Shown here: in pieces, positions 58,916-64,000 of the stretch
Layout of the letters: every line of letters starts with the position of its first letter
Position numbering within the stretch: the stretch's first letter is position 1
Assembly (NCBI GenBank): GCA_965657655.1
Contig: CBFHPC010000001.1
Span: 8,678-72,677, forward strand
Reading direction: 5' to 3'
DNA from: Henriciella sp.
GTDB lineage: Bacteria; Pseudomonadota; Alphaproteobacteria; Caulobacterales; Hyphomonadaceae
DNA length: 64,000 nucleotides
Made by a program: the position numbers and the translations under genes
Notes under the pieces: model-generated
Database searches by the model: none
What the model saw: only the letters and a program-made list of their open reading frames with translations
What the model was told of the DNA's origin: nothing

Positions 58916-60250
58916 GTGACCCTATTCTCCGAGCTTGGTTTGAAACCTCCTCTTATGAAAGCCTTGACCCAGCAAGGTTATGACAATCCGACACCGATCC
59001 AGAAGCAAGCGATCCCCGAGCTTCTCAAGGATCGCGACTTGCTTGGTATCGCACAGACCGGGACCGGTAAAACGGCCGCCTTTGCTTTGCCAACATTGAA
59101 TAAGCTACTGCTCTCGGGTCAGTCGCGGCGGCGCAATTCGACCCGCGTTTTGGTGCTTGCGCCAACTCGCGAACTGGCGGGCCAGATCGCCGATAGTTTC
59201 CGGCTTTACTCGCAGTTTATGGATTGCGTGACACAGACGGTTTTTGGTGGCGTAAAAATTGGCCATCAGATCCGTAACCTGCAAAAGGGGACTGACATAT
59301 TGGTCGCGACCCCGGGGCGTCTTCTGGATCTGATGTCACAAGGCGCGGTGTCGCTTGATGCGCTCGAGGTTCTGATTCTTGATGAGGCCGACCAAATGCT
59401 CGACATGGGGTTTATCCATGACCTAACCAAAATCGTTGCAGCGATACCGGATGAGCGGCAAACGCTGATGTTTTCCGCGACAATGCCGAAATTAATTTCC
59501 GATTTGGCGCAACGCTTCCTGCGTGATCCTGTGCGAGTCTCGATCACCCCTGAAAGCACGACGGCCGAACGCGTCGAGCAATCTGTCATTCATGTCGGGA
59601 AGAACGGTAAACTGGCTGTTCTTGGCGCCGTTCTTAGCGATCCTTCGGTTGAACGGGCCCTGGTATTCGCCCGCACCAAACATGGCGCCGATGCGGTTGT
59701 CCGCAAGTTGCTGGCGACCGGACACAAGGCCGAGGCGATCCATGGTAACAAATCGCAACCACAGCGCATGCGGGCGCTTGACGCGTTTAAATCCGGTACC
59801 TCACCAATTCTGGTTGCAACCGATATTGCCGCACGTGGTATCGATGTTGATGGCGTTTCGCATGTAATAAATTTCGAGATGCCAAATATTGCCGAGCAGT
59901 ATGTTCACCGGATCGGGCGAACTGCCCGGGCCGGCCGCATGGGACAGGCGGTGTCTCTGGTTGCCGAGGACGAGCTGTATTATTTGCGCGATATCGAACG
60001 TACCATCCGGATCGAACTCGATGTTGTTCCGGTACCGGCCAGCAGCGGCGTCGAAGGCTTGCCCATACCCGACAGGAATTTCCGTCCGCCAAAACCAAAG
60101 GGTCCGGCGGGTGGTCGTGGCTCAAACCGTCGGGGGTCTGCAAAATCATCGAATCAGAAGTCCCGGCCGCAGGCGCGATCGGGTCGGCCGCCATCGCGGC
60201 GCTCCAAATCGGGTGGACGGACAGCTGCCCCAGCCGGCGGCGCCTCGTGA
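58916..60250 (+). CDS. DEAD-box RNA helicase (RhlE-like)
   Basis: PTPIQ, AQTGTGKT, PTRELA, DEAD, SAT, ARGID, HRIGRTAR; basic disordered C-terminal tail. Confidence 0.96.
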   Translation: MTLFSELGLKPPLMKALTQQGYDNPTPIQKQAIPELLKDRDLLGIAQTGTGKTAAFALPTLNKLLLSGQSRRRNSTRVLVLAPTRELAGQIADSFRLYSQFMDCVTQTVFGGVKIGHQIRNLQKGTDILVATPGRLLDLMSQGAVSLDALEVLILDEADQMLDMGFIHDLTKIVAAIPDERQTLMFSATMPKLISDLAQRFLRDPVRVSITPESTTAERVEQSVIHVGKNGKLAVLGAVLSDPSVERALVFARTKHGADAVVRKLLATGHKAEAIHGNKSQPQRMRALDAFKSGTSPILVATDIAARGIDVDGVSHVINFEMPNIAEQYVHRIGRTARAGRMGQAVSLVAEDELYYLRDIERTIRIELDVVPVPASSGVEGLPIPDRNFRPPKPKGPAGGRGSNRRGSAKSSNQKSRPQARSGRPPSRRSKSGGRTAAPAGGAS

Positions 60251-60251
60251 A

Positions 60252-61103
60252 TTAGGGCTTCTTCATTCCGAAACGACGCCAGAAGAACCCGTCGACAACC
60301 CGTTTCGGGAGCAGCATTGGCAGAGTGAAGTTTGTCAGCTTGTCGGGAACCGGTGCGTAGCGTGCTTTCGGTTTGCGTGCCGTGAGCGCGGTTTCGATGG
60401 TTGCCGCCACCTGTTGCGCCGGTAGTCCTGTTTCGCCGCCGCTGAGCATAATCTGGGTGAATTTATCTAATGGCTTTGCCCATGGCGACTTGGCGTATGG
60501 CGTTGCCGTATTGGCTTTTTCGGCTTTGTCCCAGATCGGTGTTTTTACCGCCCCTGGACCGACCGAAATGGCATCAATCCCGAAGATAACCAGTTCCCGG
60601 CGAAAACTGTCGGTCATGCTTTCGACGGCGTGTTTGGTTGCGGTGTAGGCGCCCAGAAACGGTGAGGCGAGCCGTCCCCCGACACTGGTAATGTTTACAA
60701 TCCGGCCGGCGGGACCGGTTCGGTCCTGATCGCTGCCAAGCAATGGGACAAAGGCTTGTGTAACCCTTAGCAGGCCGAACACATTAATCTCGAAATGTGC
60801 CCTGAATTCGTCGACAGGCTGCAGGGCGAGCGGTCCCATAATCGCGATGCCGGCATTATTGATCAGGCCTGCCAGCTTCCGTCCGTTCAAAGCGGTACTG
60901 ACAATGTCGACGCTGGCTGCAACCTGTTCGGGATCGGCAACGTCGAGTTGCACTGGTGTGATAAGGTTATTCTTTTGCTGGAGTGCTTCGCCATCAGCGA
61001 CCTTGCGGACGCCAGCAAATACCTCCCAGCCGCGCTCGGCGAAATGCAGGGCCGTCGCTTCTCCGATACCGGTTGAGGCCCCCGTAATCACGATTGTTTT
61101 CAT
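60252..61103 (-). CDS. SDR family oxidoreductase (17-beta-HSD/retinol-dehydrogenase-like)
   Basis: TGASTGIG, NNAG, YTATK. Confidence 0.94.
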   Translation of the reverse strand: MKTIVITGASTGIGEATALHFAERGWEVFAGVRKVADGEALQQKNNLITPVQLDVADPEQVAASVDIVSTALNGRKLAGLINNAGIAIMGPLALQPVDEFRAHFEINVFGLLRVTQAFVPLLGSDQDRTGPAGRIVNITSVGGRLASPFLGAYTATKHAVESMTDSFRRELVIFGIDAISVGPGAVKTPIWDKAEKANTATPYAKSPWAKPLDKFTQIMLSGGETGLPAQQVAATIETALTARKPKARYAPVPDKLTNFTLPMLLPKRVVDGFFWRRFGMKKP

Positions 61104-61154
61104 CTCGTCTTCCCCAAATTATCCCAGCGTCACAGACGCGGTTTATATGCAACT

Positions 61155-61628
61155 CTATGCGTCTGGATCGGTCTTGATAAGTTTGAGCTTAGGCCGGTCC
61201 CGCATTGTCTTTGTATCTGTAATTGTGGGCGGCGTTTGATTATTTTCAACCAGTTTCAGCGTGGGTCTGGGATCCGACGCTGGCGCGGCGGCCTTGTCTT
61301 CGGCCTGAATGTCAGCGTCAATTTGTCTGACCTTTTTCGGCCCAGATGGCCGTTTGCGTTTGAAGCCCGACAGCGATTTCCCGCGCGCCTTCCGGTCTAT
61401 TTCTTTTAATTTCTGGGCCTGCAGCGCCGAAAGCGGCTCGGTGCGATCGCCTTTTTCGGGATCAGCAAAGGCTGATCCGTAGGTTTCGATGCGGGCTTCC
61501 AGTTCGGCGAGAAATTCTACTTCCCATGTCGACAGGGGCGGGCCAAGGCCTTGCTCCGCGAGAGCCGCCGCCTGCCGTAATTTTCGCAGCGCTTTACGTT
61601 GTTTGCGAGGATCTATGTCACGGGCCAT
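61155..61628 (-). CDS. Hypothetical protein downstream of gapR
   Basis: 157 aa ORF starting 9 bp after the gapR stop; basic N-terminus, LSTWEVEFL and LSALQ..KL motifs. Confidence 0.75.
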   Translation of the reverse strand: MARDIDPRKQRKALRKLRQAAALAEQGLGPPLSTWEVEFLAELEARIETYGSAFADPEKGDRTEPLSALQAQKLKEIDRKARGKSLSGFKRKRPSGPKKVRQIDADIQAEDKAAAPASDPRPTLKLVENNQTPPTITDTKTMRDRPKLKLIKTDPDA

Positions 61629-61637
61629 TCTGACAGC

Positions 61638-61901
61638 CTAATCGATTTCTCCCATGGCCATCAAATAAACATCCAGCATGGCCTCCTGTTCTTCACGTTC
61701 GCGGCGGTCTTGTTTGCGGAGCCGGACGACACTGCGCAGCGCTTTAGTATCGAAACCGAAGGCCTTGGCCTCGGAATAGACATCCTTAATTTGCTCTGCG
61801 ATTTCGCGCTTTTCTTCTTCGAGCCGTTCTATCCGGGCAACGGTTTGTCTCAACTTATCGCGCGAAGCTTCCGTCAGATTTGTAATTGGTGCGTCTTCCA
61901 T
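61638..61901 (-). CDS. gapR: Nucleoid-associated protein GapR (DUF2312)
   Basis: [39 protein letters not shown]. Confidence 0.92.
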   Translation of the reverse strand: MEDAPITNLTEASRDKLRQTVARIERLEEEKREIAEQIKDVYSEAKAFGFDTKALRSVVRLRKQDRREREEQEAMLDVYLMAMGEID

Positions 61902-62037
61902 AGCGTCCTTTCAAGGGTCTTACATTGCTTCCAACTAGACGGGAAATCCGAGCTTACCAAGAGCAGATCTCAAACGGGTTACGAATTTGATAGCTTTTTG
62001 CAGTCGTATTCTTCACGCGCTGGTGTAAGTAATAGAT

Positions 62038-62562
62038 ATGACAAAACCTTCTCTTCCAACCCGACGGCAGCTCCTTGCGTCCGCCCCGCTTGCTCTATTG
62101 GGGACGGTAATTTCCACCAGCGCGGCGGCCAATGCCGGTGAACAGGCCGCGTCTGACGCGTTTTCCGACAGTGCATGGCGACGTCTGAGTGATGCAGCGT
62201 GGCGATCGAGACTGTCGCCAGCCGCCTATGATGTGTTGCGTCGCGAAGGCACCGAGCGGCCATTTACGTCGCCGCTCAATGATGAAAAGCGGGACGGGGT
62301 TTTTGCCTGTGCCGGTTGTCAGCTTCCTTTATTCGAGAGCCGGACGAAATATGATAGCGGAACCGGCTGGCCGAGTTTTTTTGATGTTATTGACGGGGCC
62401 GTCGGGACCAAGACGGATCGGCGGCTCTGGATGGTCCGAACAGAATATCACTGTGCGCGATGTCTAGGTCATCAGGGGCATGTCTTTCCTGATGGGCCGG
62501 CGCCGACGGGACTGCGTTACTGCAATAATGGGGTCGCCTTGATATTTATTCCGAGCGCGTGA
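62038..62562 (+). CDS. msrB: Peptide-methionine (R)-S-oxide reductase with a Tat signal peptide
   Basis: GTERPF, CAGC, SGTGWPSF, CARC, GHVFPDGP, RYCNNG; N-terminal TRRQLL. Confidence 0.96.
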   Translation: MTKPSLPTRRQLLASAPLALLGTVISTSAAANAGEQAASDAFSDSAWRRLSDAAWRSRLSPAAYDVLRREGTERPFTSPLNDEKRDGVFACAGCQLPLFESRTKYDSGTGWPSFFDVIDGAVGTKTDRRLWMVRTEYHCARCLGHQGHVFPDGPAPTGLRYCNNGVALIFIPSA

Positions 62563-62606
62563 GGTCGGGGCGGATGCAAGCATTGTATGCTTGCAATGGC
62601 TGGCGG

Positions 62607-63047
62607 CTACGGCTCGCTGGATGAGAACAGATCTAGCTGATTAGGATCGGCTGCCGCCGATTTCCCCTTTTTCCCGGTTCGCACCTGTTTGAAGTATAAA
62701 TCATCGGTATGGTCGGGTTGCTCGTCAATCGGGGGCTGGTCCTCCACGCTCGGCCGCACTTTCGGTTCCGGCTTTGCCACCGGATCGAGTTTCCAGAATG
62801 TTACTGCCAGTGTTGGGTGGCCGTCTGTGTCTTCATAGAATTGAATAAAGCCATTACCGGGGCCTGCTTGCGCCTGTGCCCTGATTGCCTCAAGATCGGC
62901 TTCGTCTGGTTTTAGCCATTCGGTGACAAGGTCGATAATCGCTTGGCCATTCGCGGCGAGCTCCGCGTCGGATTTGATCCGGGCCGCTCCGGCAGGATCG
63001 GATATGGCCAGCATGGCGGATGTGGCAATTGGATAAGTAAGGCTCAT
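62607..63047 (-). CDS. Hypothetical protein with a C-terminal QLDLF beta-clamp-binding-like motif
   Basis: 146 aa ORF starting 9 bp after the mmcB stop; ends ...DPNQLDLFSSSEP. Confidence 0.75.
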   Translation of the reverse strand: MSLTYPIATSAMLAISDPAGAARIKSDAELAANGQAIIDLVTEWLKPDEADLEAIRAQAQAGPGNGFIQFYEDTDGHPTLAVTFWKLDPVAKPEPKVRPSVEDQPPIDEQPDHTDDLYFKQVRTGKKGKSAAADPNQLDLFSSSEP

Positions 63048-63056
63048 AGCTCGCAA

Positions 63057-63521
63057 CTAGGCCGCATAGGGGCTGCTGTCGAGTATTGGCTGCTGCGCTA
63101 GCTGATTAAACCGGTTTGCGGCCAGTCTGGCGAATCGCAGGGTCAGGCTACGGCGCCGCGCTGGCGGTAGCTTTGTTTCGGGCGGAGCCCGGAGGATTGC
63201 TCCGCCGAACTGGTCGGCGATAATCAGTCCGGCATGTTCGGGGATTAGGTCAGCCGGGAAGTGTTCGGAGACAGCGAAGAAAAAGTGGTCGCAATATGGC
63301 AAATATTCCGGCCATTTCTGGTCGCTTTTGAAGTCGTTTACCGATGATTTTATTTCGACAATTGTAATCAGTCCGGACCTGTCAATCGCCAGCACGTCTG
63401 CGCGCCGGCCATTGCCGAGTGTTACTTCGCACAATCCAGCCGCGCCATGATCGCTCAACAGGCGAAGCGTCCCACAGGCAATGGCCGCGGCAGATGGCGA
63501 AGAGGGACTGTTTCCGGACAT
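63057..63521 (-). CDS. mmcB: MmcB family DNA repair protein (PD-(D/E)xK endonuclease)
   Basis: LGNGRRADV, IVEIKSSVNDFKSDQKW, YCDHFFFAV, GLIIAD, RFARLAA. Confidence 0.92.
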   Translation of the reverse strand: MSGNSPSSPSAAAIACGTLRLLSDHGAAGLCEVTLGNGRRADVLAIDRSGLITIVEIKSSVNDFKSDQKWPEYLPYCDHFFFAVSEHFPADLIPEHAGLIIADQFGGAILRAPPETKLPPARRRSLTLRFARLAANRFNQLAQQPILDSSPYAA

Positions 63522-63535
63522 TTATAGCCTTATAT

Positions 63536-63550
63536 GTTCACTTAATGTTC
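63536..63550. promoter_or_regulatory. Alphaproteobacterial LexA (SOS) box
   Basis: GTTC-ACTTAAT-GTTC, a perfect GTTC-N7-GTTC, 15-29 bp upstream of the mmcB ATG. Confidence 0.85.
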
Positions 63551-63661
63551 GAGCTTAGGTGGCGGCAAGTTTGCGGTCAAGCGTGCGGGCGTGGGACAGA
63601 TAGACAAGACCGGCTTTTATGAGGCTGTGGTCGTACCGGCACCCCTTGGCTGACTGGGCAG

Positions 63662-63693
63662 AAAAAAGGCTCCATGCGGTCGCATGGAGCCTT
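63662..63693 (-). terminator. Rho-independent terminator of the BI-1/YccA gene
   Basis: Minus strand reads AAGGCTCCATGCG-AC-CGCATGGAGCC-TTTTTT. Confidence 0.8.
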
Positions 63694-63717
63694 GTTTGTT
63701 CAATCATACCTGATCGC

Positions 63718-64000
63718 TTAGTCGCGTGACGACAGAAACATCAGGACAAAGCGGAACATGTTCACGAACATGATAAAGAAGTTCAGAGCGCCCCAATTCG
63801 TCAGCACGGCCATTCCGCGCTGGTTGCCACCAAGCGAATAATAGCCTTCTTTCAGAGTTTGCGTTTCCCAGGCAACCAGGACGGCCGACAGCATCGCAAA
63901 GCCGCCCGATATGATCCATTCCATATTGCTAGACGGCTCGATGAGACCGATCGATGGCAAGATCATGTAGACAACTGATACCGCAAGCAGGGTCCAGATA
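63718..64000 (-). CDS. Bax inhibitor-1/YccA family membrane protein (3' part)
   Basis: AWETQTLK..YY, GALNFFIMFVNMFRFVL, terminal RD; the frame runs off the window end. Confidence 0.85.
   Translation of the reverse strand, partial: IWTLLAVSVVYMILPSIGLIEPSSNMEWIISGGFAMLSAVLVAWETQTLKEGYYSLGGNQRGMAVLTNWGALNFFIMFVNMFRFVLMFLSSRD

Overview
A gene-dense, moderately GC-rich stretch of core chromosome from an alphaproteobacterium. Gene content (gapR, trcR/DUF1013, mmcB, addAB, rpoE-chrR) fits Caulobacterales/Hyphomonadaceae, but that placement is an inference. It carries hslVU, hisBHA, mdh, ffh-chorismate mutase-rpsP, katG-oxyR, an ArnT-like transferase, cysS, yidD-thrS, a GldAFG/DUF4340-like ABC operon, rpoE-chrR, trpFBA-accD-folC, trxA-addAB-murU-amgK-tsaE, a ferredoxin reductase/ferredoxin pair, atpHAGDC, priA, xerC, a DEAD-box helicase, gapR, msrB and mmcB. 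I found no rRNA, tRNA, CRISPR array, transposase or prophage genes. The best leads are (1) a LexA-boxed mmcB operon whose second, uncharacterised gene ends in a consensus beta-clamp-binding motif QLDLF, (2) a stand-alone protein with a HEPN-like RxxxxH motif after mdh, (3) a ChrR anti-sigma factor that has lost its zinc-binding ligands, (4) a membrane protein inserted inside hslVU, and (5) structured non-coding regions upstream of ffh and the DEAD-box gene and between atpG and atpD. All family calls come from recognising motifs by eye; no database searches were run.
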